A stretch of 64,000 bases of DNA, taken from positions 1 through 64,000 of the forward strand of contig JAWLHK010000015.1 of assembly GCA_041690355.1 (NCBI GenBank). Reading direction: 5' to 3'. Made by a program: the position numbers and the translations under genes. The stretch's first letter is position 1. Each line of letters starts with the position of its first letter. Below the pieces are notes generated by a model that worked only from the letters and a program-made list of their open reading frames with translations, ran no database searches and had not been told where the DNA came from. The DNA is from a bacterium. GTDB taxonomy: Bacteria > J088 > JAWLBW01. This document shows, in pieces, positions 52,830 through 62,769 of the stretch.

Positions 52830-53282
52830 TCATCGGTCGACCCGCAGGCGAATCGAAAAGGAGGCGCACGGCGTCATCGCCATCGCCTTTCGCCGATAGG
52901 TCGGACAGCTGCGACAGACGCTTACTTCTTCGGGGTTCGCTCGCACCCGCGTCTGCCAGCAAATCGCTTCGTCGGTGCCGAAAATCGTGCAGTCGGACAG
53001 CCCCGCATACAATTGCCTGATCTCGATGCCCGGCAGGCAGCGCAGCAACTGCGCAAGGGCGTGCGGCCCCGTGTGCGTGCTTCGAAAATATTCGCGCATG
53101 GAGCGAATCCACTCGATGTCCGACAGGGAATAGAACCTTCGCCCCCTTCTCTTGTTGGGCAGAACAAGGCCCAGCGACTCGTATTGCCGGATCGAAGAAG
53201 GAGAGAGCCCGGTCAGTTTGGCGACTTCGCCAACCGTGATCATGGCCAGGTCCCGATCCTCGGTATCTTGCAACAACGGCAT
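52830..53282 (-). CDS. MerR-family regulator with Cys-rich C-terminus (paralog)
   Basis: VGEVAKLTGLSPSSIRQYESLG..RRFYS; tail C..EAICW..CRSCPTY. Confidence 0.85.
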   Translation of the reverse strand: MPLLQDTEDRDLAMITVGEVAKLTGLSPSSIRQYESLGLVLPNKRRGRRFYSLSDIEWIRSMREYFRSTHTGPHALAQLLRCLPGIEIRQLYAGLSDCTIFGTDEAICWQTRVRANPEEVSVCRSCPTYRRKAMAMTPCASFSIRLRVDR

Positions 53283-53442
53283 GGCTACAGCCTATCTGCG
53301 TTGAGAATTCTGCACAGATAGCTACCGCGCCCTGAGGAACTATCTTGCAGTTTAAATTGCGGCATGTCTGTTTGCCGCACACGCAGAAAAGTGGCGGTCC
53401 GCCAAGCGGGGGGTTAAGATCGAGCCCGAATTGCGAGGCATT

Positions 53443-53814
53443 ATGGCCGACATTCTCGTCATCGATGATAGTCTGACCGCCTTCATGGGGCTCGTAAGGG
53501 ATCTCGGCGTCGACGGACACCAGGTGCGCCGATTGGACAAATTTGTCGATCTTCCGCGCGCGCTGAAGACTTGCCCGTCGCTCATTCTTCTCGATCTCGA
53601 GATGCCCGCGCTTCCCGGGCGAACGGTCGCGCAGTACATCCGGAAATACCAGCCGCGGGAGATCCCGCTCGTTCTGTACAGCTCGGTCGGCGACCAGGAA
53701 CTCGAGCAGGCCGCACGTGAAATCGGCGCTGTCGCCTGGATTCCCAAGCGGTGCACGACCGACGTGTTACGGCGGTCGGTGTCGCGGATACTGCATGCCG
53801 GGATTGCCGTATGA
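53443..53814 (+). CDS. single-domain response regulator (CheY-like)
   Basis: ILVIDD, LLDLEMP, YSS, WIPK. Confidence 0.88.
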   Translation: MADILVIDDSLTAFMGLVRDLGVDGHQVRRLDKFVDLPRALKTCPSLILLDLEMPALPGRTVAQYIRKYQPREIPLVLYSSVGDQELEQAAREIGAVAWIPKRCTTDVLRRSVSRILHAGIAV

Positions 53815-54212
53815 GCGGCGAGCGTTTGTCGTTCCTCCTCGTGTCTGCCGCCGATCGCCGCCATCTGCTTCCGCTTACGCAGGTGCGCGAGATTCTGCCC
53901 ATGCTTGCCCTGCAGCAGCGCGAAGAGAGACGGGGGCGCTTTCAGGGCGCGATGAACCTGCGCGGCGAGATCGTGCCCGTGCTCTGCTTCGCAGAGAACG
54001 AAACACCAGTCACCCCCGCCCAGTTCATTGTCGTGCTGCTGGCCGCCGGGCGGTCGATCGGCGTCGTTGTCGATGAGGTGCACGACCTGATCACACTGCC
54101 GCCGGATGGCCTGATCCGAAGGGAGCTTGATCACGGCGACGCGATACAGCTCGCGCGAATCGGAAACGAACTTCTTTCTGTGACCGATGTCGAACGCCAT
54201 TTTCATGTCTAG
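53811..54212 (+). CDS. cheW: CheW-like adaptor
   Basis: VREIL, GAMNLRGEIVPV, GVVVDEV. Confidence 0.85.
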   Translation: MSGERLSFLLVSAADRRHLLPLTQVREILPMLALQQREERRGRFQGAMNLRGEIVPVLCFAENETPVTPAQFIVVLLAAGRSIGVVVDEVHDLITLPPDGLIRRELDHGDAIQLARIGNELLSVTDVERHFHV

Positions 54213-55452
54213 CGGCGACAGGCTTGCCGCGCTTTCAGACTTGCTGCGAACCCGGTTCGGGCTCGCCATCGAACGGTATTCCGAGCGACTGGTCGCCGGC
54301 GTGCTCGATCGCTGTCTGCGCACCCGTGGCGCGCTGACCAAGGATACCATTGATTCGCTCGTGCTGTCGTTCAGCATCGGAGAAACGACATTTTTGCGTC
54401 ATCTGGAGCACTTTCAGTGTCTGGCACGGCTGCTTCCGCACTTCTCTGAATCGCCGTTGAGAATCTGGAGCGCCGGATGCGCCACCGGAGAAGAAGCGTG
54501 GAGCCTCGCCGCAGTCTGCCGGCAGGTCGTGGGCGCACGTCCGTACTCAGTTCTCGGCACCGACCTCAACGCTCGCTTTCTCGAGCACGCCCGCAGAGGG
54601 CAGTACCGGCGCTGGTCGCTGCGGGGGGTGGCTCCGGAGTGCATCCGTGGCTGGCTTCGCGTGTCTGGGTTTGACATCGAGGTCGAGGCTGCGTTGCGTC
54701 CCAACGTTTCGTTTCAGGCCCTGAACCTCATCGGCGGACGTTTTCCGGTCGGCATGCATATCGTGTTCTGCCGTAACGTGCTTCTCTACTTTGACGCCGA
54801 GGCGGCGGCTTCAGTCCTGCGCAGATTGGCCTCATCGCTGGTGCCGGGGGGTTACCTGTTTCTCGGCTATACCGATCCGCGGCCTCCGGAGGATTCGGAG
54901 CTCGTTCCGGTTGAGATTGACGGGACGCTCGCCTACCGAAAGCCGGCGTCCTTTGCCGCACGGATCAGTGAGGATGCCGCGCACGTCACCGAGTGCTTCG
55001 CCGCCGACCGTACAGTCGCGAGTGAGCAGGCCGTGGCTGACGTGCGCCCCGGTATCGATGCCGTCATGGAAGTCGCGCGCGGACTTTCGATGCAGCATCT
55101 GGTCGACGAAGCCCTGGGCATCCTTCAGGAAGCCGTTACCGAGTCGCCGCTCGAAGCAGAGGCGTGTGTTCTCGGTGCGTTGATTGCAACGGAGCACGGG
55201 CGCTGGAGCGACGGGGCGCGGTTTGCGCGAAGAGCCTGCTTTCTGGTCCCCGAAGCGCCCTTGCCGCACTACCTGCTCGCCTGGTGCCTGTGCGAAGAAG
55301 GAGAGCTTCATCTCGCCCGACACCGCTTCACCGACGCGTATGAGCTGGTGGCGGCCGGCAACGATGTTGAAGCCGTGCGTTTCGGCGAGGGGGTGACGGT
55401 GGGGCAACTCAAAAGACTCATTGAGATCCGCAGAGAGGCATGTCTTTCATGA
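54205..55452 (+). CDS. cheR: CheR methyltransferase with C-terminal TPR-like region
   Basis: IGETTFLR, RIWSAGCATGEEAWS, GTDLN, IVFCRNVLLYF. Confidence 0.9.
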   Translation: MSSGDRLAALSDLLRTRFGLAIERYSERLVAGVLDRCLRTRGALTKDTIDSLVLSFSIGETTFLRHLEHFQCLARLLPHFSESPLRIWSAGCATGEEAWSLAAVCRQVVGARPYSVLGTDLNARFLEHARRGQYRRWSLRGVAPECIRGWLRVSGFDIEVEAALRPNVSFQALNLIGGRFPVGMHIVFCRNVLLYFDAEAAASVLRRLASSLVPGGYLFLGYTDPRPPEDSELVPVEIDGTLAYRKPASFAARISEDAAHVTECFAADRTVASEQAVADVRPGIDAVMEVARGLSMQHLVDEALGILQEAVTESPLEAEACVLGALIATEHGRWSDGARFARRACFLVPEAPLPHYLLAWCLCEEGELHLARHRFTDAYELVAAGNDVEAVRFGEGVTVGQLKRLIEIRREACLS

Positions 55453-55961
55453 AACGGCGCGAAGAGAAGTCCGACGCAGCCATCCTGCATCGCCGCGCGG
55501 CACGGTACGCGGCGCAACCCGAGGGCATCAGCGGCGCCTTGCAGGAGGCGATTCGATTTCGGCGCGGCGAGTCGGTCTACGCGTTGCCGCTCGGCGACCT
55601 CAGAGAAGTGCGCCCGATGGCGCGAATGAGTCATCTGCCCGGCGCATTTGCCATCGTTCCGGGGGTGGTGCATTACCGCGGCGAGCTCATGAGCGTTCAT
55701 GACCTCGGCGCCTATTTCGGCGGCCATGAATCGCGCAACCCGGCTGCGTGGATGGTCGTCGTCGATACGCCTGTGGCGCGTCTGGCGCTGTTGGCCGATG
55801 CGGTGCTCGACACGGTTTCCTATGCGGCCGACGGCCTGCTGGACATCCCCGTGACGATGGGCGAAAAGAGCGAGTGCCTCACGGGCCTTCTCCAGGACGG
55901 AACGCTGATTCTACACACGCCCCTGTTGTGCCGCAACGCGGGGTTCATGAACGCTTACTGA
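55449..55961 (+). CDS. cheW: CheW-like adaptor
   Basis: [31 protein letters not shown]. Confidence 0.85.
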   Translation: MKRREEKSDAAILHRRAARYAAQPEGISGALQEAIRFRRGESVYALPLGDLREVRPMARMSHLPGAFAIVPGVVHYRGELMSVHDLGAYFGGHESRNPAAWMVVVDTPVARLALLADAVLDTVSYAADGLLDIPVTMGEKSECLTGLLQDGTLILHTPLLCRNAGFMNAY

Positions 55962-55971
55962 GGAGTTATCG

Positions 55972-57381
55972 ATGGAAAACCGTAGCCAAAGCCCGCTTGA
56001 AGAGAATCTCGTTGATGAAATGGCGCGCCGCCGCAAGTTTCTGCGGATAGATGACAAGGACGAAGCCAATCTGGTTGGCTTTCGTGACTCGGCGCATGCC
56101 TGCATGGAATCGGTGGTCGACACGTTCTACGACCATCTGCGCGGCCACGAGGGTACCCGCCGGCATCTTCTGAACGATCGGCACATCGACAATCTTCGGC
56201 GTACCCAGTCGGCTTACTTTGAACGCCTTTTCGACGGAGACCTGCACGAGGCCTATGGCCGCGATCGCCTGAGAGTCGGACGCACCCATGAGCGCATCGG
56301 CCTCGGGCCCGAATGGTATATCGGTGCGTATGCCCTCTACCTGTGCGAGGTCATGCCGCACGTTCTGGAGGCTTACAAGGGAAAACCAGGCAAGGCAGCC
56401 GCGGTGTTTCAGAGCCTCATCAAAGTCATCTTTCTCGACATGGGGCTTGCCATCGACACCTACATCGAGGCGCTTGACGTAAGGGAAGCAAAGCAGGTGG
56501 GTACCTTCATCGGCGCCCTGAACGATTTTTCGGAGAACCTTGGCGGGGCCACATCGGGCATATCCTCTGCCGTCGCGCAGCAGTCGGCATCGGCGCAGGA
56601 GCAGGCGACCGCCATCGCCGAGGTGACGACGACGTTGAGCGAACTGCGGCACACGTCTGCCCAGGCGCTCGAGAAGGCCGAGGGGGTCATTGCGGTCTCC
56701 GAGAAGGCCATTGCGGCCTCGCAGCTGGGAAGCAAGTCGGTCGCATCGGCGATTGCCGGCATGGATGAAATCCGAAGGCAGGTCGAGTCGATTGCCGCGA
56801 AGATTCTTTCGCTCAGCGAACAGACGCAGCAGATCGGCGACATCATCGCGTCGGTCAACGAGATCTCCGAGCAGTCGAAGCTTCTTGCACTGAACGCCGC
56901 CATCGAAGCCGCCCGGGCCGGCGAGCACGGCAAGGGGTTTGCGGTCGTGGCCACAGAGATTCGCAGTCTGGCCGATCAGTCGAAGGAGGCGACCGGCCAG
57001 GTCAGAAAGATCCTCGGCGACATCCAGAACGCCACCAACTCGGCGGTGGTCGTGACCGAAGAAGGCACCAAGCGGGTCGAGCAGGGGGTCATGCTTACCA
57101 ACGCTGCCGGACAGACCATCAGCGACCTGACGGTATCCATCGAAGAGGCGACTGCCTCGGCGAGGCTGATTTCCAACGCTGCCCGGCAGCAAGGGGCAGG
57201 GATTCAGCAGGTCGCCGACGCCATGGTGTCCATCAACAATGCGACCACCTCGACCGTCGACGCGCTGCGCGCGACCGAAGAGCAGGCGCAGAGCCTCGCG
57301 AATATCACAAGCCGAATGGAAGCGCTCATTGAGGCGTTCTCGAAGCCGCGCGAAAAACAGGCGGAATACCGGATGGCGTGA
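55972..57381 (+). CDS. soluble globin-coupled chemoreceptor (HemAT-like)
   Basis: Sensor globin ([24 protein letters not shown]) fused to MCP domain ([24 protein letters not shown]); no TM segment. Confidence 0.92.
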   Translation: MENRSQSPLEENLVDEMARRRKFLRIDDKDEANLVGFRDSAHACMESVVDTFYDHLRGHEGTRRHLLNDRHIDNLRRTQSAYFERLFDGDLHEAYGRDRLRVGRTHERIGLGPEWYIGAYALYLCEVMPHVLEAYKGKPGKAAAVFQSLIKVIFLDMGLAIDTYIEALDVREAKQVGTFIGALNDFSENLGGATSGISSAVAQQSASAQEQATAIAEVTTTLSELRHTSAQALEKAEGVIAVSEKAIAASQLGSKSVASAIAGMDEIRRQVESIAAKILSLSEQTQQIGDIIASVNEISEQSKLLALNAAIEAARAGEHGKGFAVVATEIRSLADQSKEATGQVRKILGDIQNATNSAVVVTEEGTKRVEQGVMLTNAAGQTISDLTVSIEEATASARLISNAARQQGAGIQQVADAMVSINNATTSTVDALRATEEQAQSLANITSRMEALIEAFSKPREKQAEYRMA

Positions 57382-57382
57382 C

Positions 57383-59473
57383 ATGGACGCTCAGAACGAT
57401 CTCATGGCAGAGCGGGTTCGCGCTGCCTTTGCCGAGGAGGTGCGCGAGCTGCTCGCCCGTGCGAACGCCATTCCCGCTCAGACGCAGGAGGCGCTCGCGG
57501 CCGACGGCGACGGGCTGCGGCAATTGCAGCGGATTCTGCATACGTTGAAAGGCGCGGCGGCGGCGGTCGGAAACGAAGATCTGCACACGGCCGTCCACGG
57601 CTTCGAAGACGAAATCGGCGCCAGTGAGTCGCGAGACGGCGGGCTTGCGCCTGAATGGCTTCTCGAGCGTATCGACGCGTTGGCCGCGCTTGCCGGTCTC
57701 GCCGGTGAGGCCGAAGCGGCCGCCCCGCGCCCGATCGGGGCTGCTCCTGATGCTGCGCCAAAACCGGTGCGTGCCCACCCCGGCGAGTCGGTGCGTGTCG
57801 TCAGAGAGCGCGTCGATTCACTTCAGGTTCTGGTCGACGACCTTGTCGTTCTGCGTCTTCGTCAGGAGGCGCTGGCCAGGGAAATGCGCATGCTGGTTCG
57901 CATGCAGGGGGCGGCCTGGGAGGGATGGCGCCAGCTGCCCGTCGCGGCCCGCCGGGACGGCCGCGGTTTTGAGTCAGACCTGCGCGAGGTCGCACGCACC
58001 GCAAAGCGGGTGTCGAGCGAAGCCTCTGTTCTTGCCTCGCAGATTACGGCGCTGACCGGTTCGCTGGATGAGGCGGTGCGCGATCTGCGGCTCGTGCCCA
58101 TGCAGGGCGCGCTCGAGGCGCTGGGGGCCTCGGTTCGGGATGCGGCGCGACGAAGCGGAAAACAAGTGCGATTCGAAGTCGATGCCGAGGGGGTCGAGAT
58201 TGATCGCGCCGTACTCGAACGGCTGACCGAGCCGCTTCTGCACCTGGTCAGAAACGCGGTTGCCCATGGCATCGAGACTCCCGAGCAGCGCGCCCGTGTC
58301 GGAAAGGATCCGGTGGGGACGATACGGCTGGAAGGGGCCGTCGAAGGAGGCGCAGTCCTGCTGCGCATCACCGATGACGGCCGCGGCATCGATGCGAAAG
58401 CCGTGTGCGCCCGCGTGGCCGGTGCCGCCGCCGAAGGCGCCGAGCGCGAGATGGAAGATGACGAGCTTCTGCAGTGCATCACCAGCCCCGGTTTTTCTAC
58501 GGCCTCGACCACCGACGAGCTTGCCGGGCGGGGGGTCGGGCTCGACGTCGTCTCCGCGACCGTCGACCTGCTGGGCGGCGGGATGACCCTCGACAATCTT
58601 CCCGGCGCCGGCTGCGTGTTCACCCTGAAGGTACCCGTCCGATCCTCGACAGGGCACGGCCTCGTGCTTCAGGTCGCCGGATTTCACTGCTGCCTGCTTG
58701 TCCGTTTTGTCGAGCGGGTTCTGCGCATTGCGCCCGGGGATGCGCAAGTCATCGAAGGGCGGACGGCCATTCCGGTCGCAGGGCAGCTGGTCGGGTTACT
58801 CCCGCTAGGGGGAATGCTGGGGTTGGACCAGGAGCCGTGGGAAGAGAAGCGTCCTGCAATCGTGCTTCGGGTTGGCAAACGGCGGCTCGCCGTTCGGGTC
58901 GACGACATTCTCGGAGATCAGCCGCTGGTCATCAAACCGTTGCCGTCTGCGTTCACCGGGGGCCGCCTGTTCGGTGGGGGCGCCGTGAACGCAGACAATT
59001 CCGTTCTCCCGCTGCTCGAGGCTGCGGCGCTTCTCGATCTGGCCGAACGGGGGCAGGTTCGAGAGTCGATTGCGGCGCCGAAGGATGTTGAGGCGCCTGA
59101 GGTTCTCGTCGTCGACGATTCGGTCACGATGCGCACGATGGAGAAGGGGATTCTGACTGCGGCAGGCTATGCCGTTACGGCGGCCGCGTCGGCTTCGCAG
59201 GCGCTCGAGTTGTTCTCCCGGATGGGCGAATGCCGGCTGGTGATTACCGATCTCGAGATGCCCGGAATGGACGGCGTCGAGTTATGCCGCCAGCTGCGCG
59301 TATCGGCACGCCCGCACGTGCCGATACTCATGGTCACGTCGGTCGGTGACCCGGCCGAACGCAGAAAGGCGCTCGAGGCCGGCGCAGATGCCTACCTGAT
59401 CAAGGGCGACTTCGCGCAGGACGGCTTTCTGCAACAGGTCAGCCGCCTGGTGGGCCGATCCGCCGGCGTATGA
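57383..59473 (+). CDS. cheA: hybrid CheA kinase with C-terminal REC domain
   Basis: HPt LHTLKG, HLVRNAVAHGIE, DDGRG, GRGVGLDVV, CheW domain, REC VVDDS..TDLEMP. Confidence 0.93.
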   Translation: MDAQNDLMAERVRAAFAEEVRELLARANAIPAQTQEALAADGDGLRQLQRILHTLKGAAAAVGNEDLHTAVHGFEDEIGASESRDGGLAPEWLLERIDALAALAGLAGEAEAAAPRPIGAAPDAAPKPVRAHPGESVRVVRERVDSLQVLVDDLVVLRLRQEALAREMRMLVRMQGAAWEGWRQLPVAARRDGRGFESDLREVARTAKRVSSEASVLASQITALTGSLDEAVRDLRLVPMQGALEALGASVRDAARRSGKQVRFEVDAEGVEIDRAVLERLTEPLLHLVRNAVAHGIETPEQRARVGKDPVGTIRLEGAVEGGAVLLRITDDGRGIDAKAVCARVAGAAAEGAEREMEDDELLQCITSPGFSTASTTDELAGRGVGLDVVSATVDLLGGGMTLDNLPGAGCVFTLKVPVRSSTGHGLVLQVAGFHCCLLVRFVERVLRIAPGDAQVIEGRTAIPVAGQLVGLLPLGGMLGLDQEPWEEKRPAIVLRVGKRRLAVRVDDILGDQPLVIKPLPSAFTGGRLFGGGAVNADNSVLPLLEAAALLDLAERGQVRESIAAPKDVEAPEVLVVDDSVTMRTMEKGILTAAGYAVTAAASASQALELFSRMGECRLVITDLEMPGMDGVELCRQLRVSARPHVPILMVTSVGDPAERRKALEAGADAYLIKGDFAQDGFLQQVSRLVGRSAGV

Positions 59474-60528
59474 TTCGCGTCCTTCTGGTCGAAGATTCAC
59501 AGACGGTCGCCACCTTCATCGCGACAGTCCTCGCCGGCGAGAGCGACATCGAGCTCCTGCCGGTCGCCCGAGACGGTGTCGCCGCGCTCGAGGCGGTGGC
59601 AGAAACCGATCCGCAGGTCGTGCTCATGGATCTGGAGCTTCCGGGCCTCGACGGCATCGAGGTCATTCGAAGCCTCATGGCTGTCGCGCCCCGGCCGATC
59701 ATCGTTCTCAGCGGCGTGCTCAACGCCGACGGGCGAAACCGAACCTTCGAGGCATTCGAGGTCGGCGCCGTCGACGTCATCGCCAAACCCGGCGGCCTGG
59801 GGGCCGAGCAGGTGCGAACCTTTCGGGGGCGCCTGCTGCAGGCCATTCGCACCATGGTGCACGCCCGGGTCGTACGCCGACGGGATCCGTCGTTGGAGCG
59901 GGGCGACGGGGTCAACGATGAAGTGGCCGCCAGGGGCCTCGGACCCTGCCGGCTGCTTGCGATCGGGGCCTCGACCGGCGGGCCGCCGGTGTTATACGAC
60001 ATCCTGCGCGGCATACGTGAATTTCCTTGTCCGGTCATCATCGGGCAGCATATCGTCAGCGGGTTCGAGGCGGGGCTCGCGCGTTGGCTCGCGTCGACGG
60101 GCCATCGGGTCGAAGTCGCCGACCGGGTGCGCGATACGCCGATTGTGAACGGGCGCATCGTGCTGCTTCCGGCAGAAGGGGTTGCGCGCATCACGGGCGG
60201 GCTCCTCCAAATCGTTCCCGACCAGGTTCCCGACCGGCTCCACGCCATCGACAGCCTGTTCTTCGCGGCCGCCGAGCAGGTCGGCGGCGACGCGGTCGGT
60301 GTGCTGCTCACCGGCATGGGGGCCGACGGCGCGAACGGCCTCGCCGCCTTGCGTCGCGCGGGCGCCATGACCATTACGCAGGCGGGGTCTACGTGCGTGG
60401 TGAACGGCATGCCCGAGGCCGCCCGCAGGCTGGGGGCATCGCGTGTCGAATTGAGTCCCGAAGCGATTACGGCCTATCTGGCAGGAATCTTCCGCGCGCG
60501 CGGAGAGGAGGTCGCTCGCAGCTCATAG
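59470..60528 (+). CDS. cheB: CheB methylesterase
   Basis: REC plus GASTGGP, QH, LTGMGADGA, VVNGMP. Confidence 0.93.
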   Translation: MIRVLLVEDSQTVATFIATVLAGESDIELLPVARDGVAALEAVAETDPQVVLMDLELPGLDGIEVIRSLMAVAPRPIIVLSGVLNADGRNRTFEAFEVGAVDVIAKPGGLGAEQVRTFRGRLLQAIRTMVHARVVRRRDPSLERGDGVNDEVAARGLGPCRLLAIGASTGGPPVLYDILRGIREFPCPVIIGQHIVSGFEAGLARWLASTGHRVEVADRVRDTPIVNGRIVLLPAEGVARITGGLLQIVPDQVPDRLHAIDSLFFAAAEQVGGDAVGVLLTGMGADGANGLAALRRAGAMTITQAGSTCVVNGMPEAARRLGASRVELSPEAITAYLAGIFRARGEEVARSS

Positions 60529-60704
60529 CGGTTGAGGGTCGCTCGCAGCCACCGGACGCGCCAGCAACGCTCACCGGCAATCCTGAATATCCCTGACTCA
60601 GCGACCGTCTATCTTCGACTTTGAGTGGATTCGTCACTCGATACTCGTCACTCGTCACGCTCGATACGGTACTCTTTATTTACGTGACGTGAGGAGGAGC
60701 TCTC

Positions 60705-61670
60705 ATGGGCATGCTCGTGAACGGTGAGTGGACCACGAAGTGGTACGAGCCCGACAAGGAAGGACACTTCGTGCGCAACGATACCCGATTTCGCGACCGC
60801 GTGACGGCCGACGGAAGCTCCGGTTTTCCCGCGGCGGCCGGCCGCTATCACCTTTACGTTTCGCTCGCCTGCCCGTGGGCACACCGCACGCTGATCATGC
60901 GCGCCCGGAAAGGGCTCGAGAAGGCCATTTCACTCTCCATCGTCGATCCGTTCATGGGTGACGACGGCTGGAGCTTTTCGGAATTCCCCGGATCCATTTC
61001 CGACAGCGTCAACGACGCCCGGTTCCTGCGCGAGATCTACCAGAAGGCCGATCCGGAGTATACGGGCCGCGTGACCGTTCCGGTGCTCTGGGACCGAGAG
61101 ACGGAGACGATCGTCAACAACGAGTCGCGTGAGATCCTGCGCATGCTCGACGTGGCGTTCGACGCTTTCGCCGAACATCCTGAGGTGCACGACGTCTGGC
61201 CCGAGATGGAAGCTGAAATCGACGCGACGATCACGGCGCTCTACAAACCGATCAACAACGGTGTCTATCGCGCCGGTTTCGCGGTGAGCCAGCGGGCCTA
61301 TGACGAAGCGGCGGGCGAGCTTTTTCGCGCGCTCGACGGGTGGGATGCGGTTCTCGGCCGCCAGCGCTACCTCACGGGCAACCGGATCAGCGAGGCCGAC
61401 TGGTGCTTCTTCACGACGCTGCTGCGGTTCGACGCCGTCTACTACGTGCACTTCAAGTGCAACTGGAAGCGCATTGCCGACTATCCGAATCTGTCGAATT
61501 ACCTGCGCGATCTGTACCAGCAGCCGGGCGTGGCCGGCACGGTGAATCTCGAGCACATCAAGCAGCACTATTACCGCAGCCATCCGATGATCAATCCCCA
61601 TCGCATCGTGCCCCTCGGGCCGCAGCTCGACTTCGCGGCGCCGCACGACCGGGACCGCTTCGGGAGCTGA
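60705..61670 (+). CDS. glutathionyl-hydroquinone reductase (YqjG/Xi-class GST)
   Basis: RYHLYVSLACPWAHR, RVTVPVLWD, IVNNES, NNGVYRAGFA. Confidence 0.93.
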   Translation: MGMLVNGEWTTKWYEPDKEGHFVRNDTRFRDRVTADGSSGFPAAAGRYHLYVSLACPWAHRTLIMRARKGLEKAISLSIVDPFMGDDGWSFSEFPGSISDSVNDARFLREIYQKADPEYTGRVTVPVLWDRETETIVNNESREILRMLDVAFDAFAEHPEVHDVWPEMEAEIDATITALYKPINNGVYRAGFAVSQRAYDEAAGELFRALDGWDAVLGRQRYLTGNRISEADWCFFTTLLRFDAVYYVHFKCNWKRIADYPNLSNYLRDLYQQPGVAGTVNLEHIKQHYYRSHPMINPHRIVPLGPQLDFAAPHDRDRFGS

Positions 61671-61697
61671 AATCCAACGCCGTCGCGGTTTTTCTCC

Positions 61698-61726
61698 TTG
61701 ACGAGAGAGCGTCTGCTCGATATAAT
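61698..61726 (+). promoter_or_regulatory. sigma70 promoter of the tRNA pair
   Basis: TTGACG-N17-TATAAT. Confidence 0.85.
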
Positions 61727-61752
61727 CTTTTATTTAACTGCTGACGCAGTCT

Positions 61753-61828
61753 GAGCCCTTAGCTCAGTCGGTAGAGCATCTGACTTTTAATCAGAGGGTC
61801 GAAGGTTCGAATCCTTCAGGGCTCACCA
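61753..61828 (+). tRNA. tRNA-Lys(TTT)
   Basis: Cloverleaf; anticodon arm TCTGA-CTTTTAA-TCAGA; GGTTCGAATCC; encoded CCA. Confidence 0.97.
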
Positions 61829-61969
61829 CCTTCGCCCTCGCGGGCGGCATTTCGACCGGTAGTTGCGGGCCGGGCGAAGTGAAATAGTTTCGGACGTATC
61901 CTGGGACGTTCGGCAAATCACAGAACCTTCTGTCATTTGCAATCTGCAATGCGGCATTCGCGCAAGCGA

Positions 61970-62045
61970 GTCCCCATCGTCTAGAGGCCCAGGACATCGC
62001 CCTTTCACGGCGAGGACAGGGGTTCGAATCCCCTTGGGGACGCCA
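61970..62045 (+). tRNA. tRNA-Glu(TTC)
   Basis: Anticodon arm TCGCC-CTTTCAC-GGCGA; GGTTCGAATCC; encoded CCA. Confidence 0.97.
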
Positions 62046-62050
62046 TCTTG

Positions 62051-62084
62051 AGGCCACTCGGAGTTACTTCCGGGTGGCCTTTTT
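62051..62084 (+). terminator. intrinsic terminator after the tRNAs
   Basis: AGGCCACTCGGAG-TTA-CTTCCGGGTGGCCT-TTTT. Confidence 0.8.
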
Positions 62085-62769
62085 ACATTCTTGATAGCCT
62101 TTCGAGACGCTGGCCGACTTTCGCAAAGCGGGTGTCCTCCTGGCCGTCTCTATCCAGCTGTGCGTAAACGAGTTCTTCCCAATACGGCTGGGTCAAGGCG
62201 GCCTGGGCGCGCTCACGAAGGAAATCGCGCACTTCATTCGAGCAGGCCACGATTGCGCTTTCGAAAGGTTCCGCTTCTGCAAGCAGGGTGACGATGTCTT
62301 CCCAATCGTGACTGGCCATGTAGTCCTCTTTGCCGCGATCGAGGAAAGCCTCAAACTTACAAGCGAGAAAGAGGGGCAGCGGAAATACCTGAATTTCAAC
62401 TTCGTCTACCACGCGGGATATCCGTTCCCGCATTCCCTCCGCATACCAGCGATTGCTGAAACCATACTCCTGTCCCACAGGCATGATGTCGACCTTAATC
62501 CCGCGGTATCTCCATCGGCAAATCGGCGCATCTTCAGAGTTGTCATGGGAAAAGCCGAGGCTTCGCAGGCGCTTTTCCACGTTGTGCATCGGCCCAAGCA
62601 TGGCTTCGATAACGCAATCAACGTCATCCGTCACGCGGATATCGACTTGCGCGTGGCTGTCCAGATAGACCCCAATGGCTGCACCACCAACAAATGCGGC
62701 GTGGTGTCGAAGTTCCGCAAGACCCTTCGCAACTTCGACAAGCATATCGAGTGCCGAATTACGACGCAT
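62083..62769 (-). CDS. AbiEii-like nucleotidyltransferase
   Basis: FVGGAA..RVTDDVD (GG..DxD), KVDIMP, KFEAF..R..HDWEDI. Confidence 0.75.
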   Translation of the reverse strand: MRRNSALDMLVEVAKGLAELRHHAAFVGGAAIGVYLDSHAQVDIRVTDDVDCVIEAMLGPMHNVEKRLRSLGFSHDNSEDAPICRWRYRGIKVDIMPVGQEYGFSNRWYAEGMRERISRVVDEVEIQVFPLPLFLACKFEAFLDRGKEDYMASHDWEDIVTLLAEAEPFESAIVACSNEVRDFLRERAQAALTQPYWEELVYAQLDRDGQEDTRFAKVGQRLERLSRM

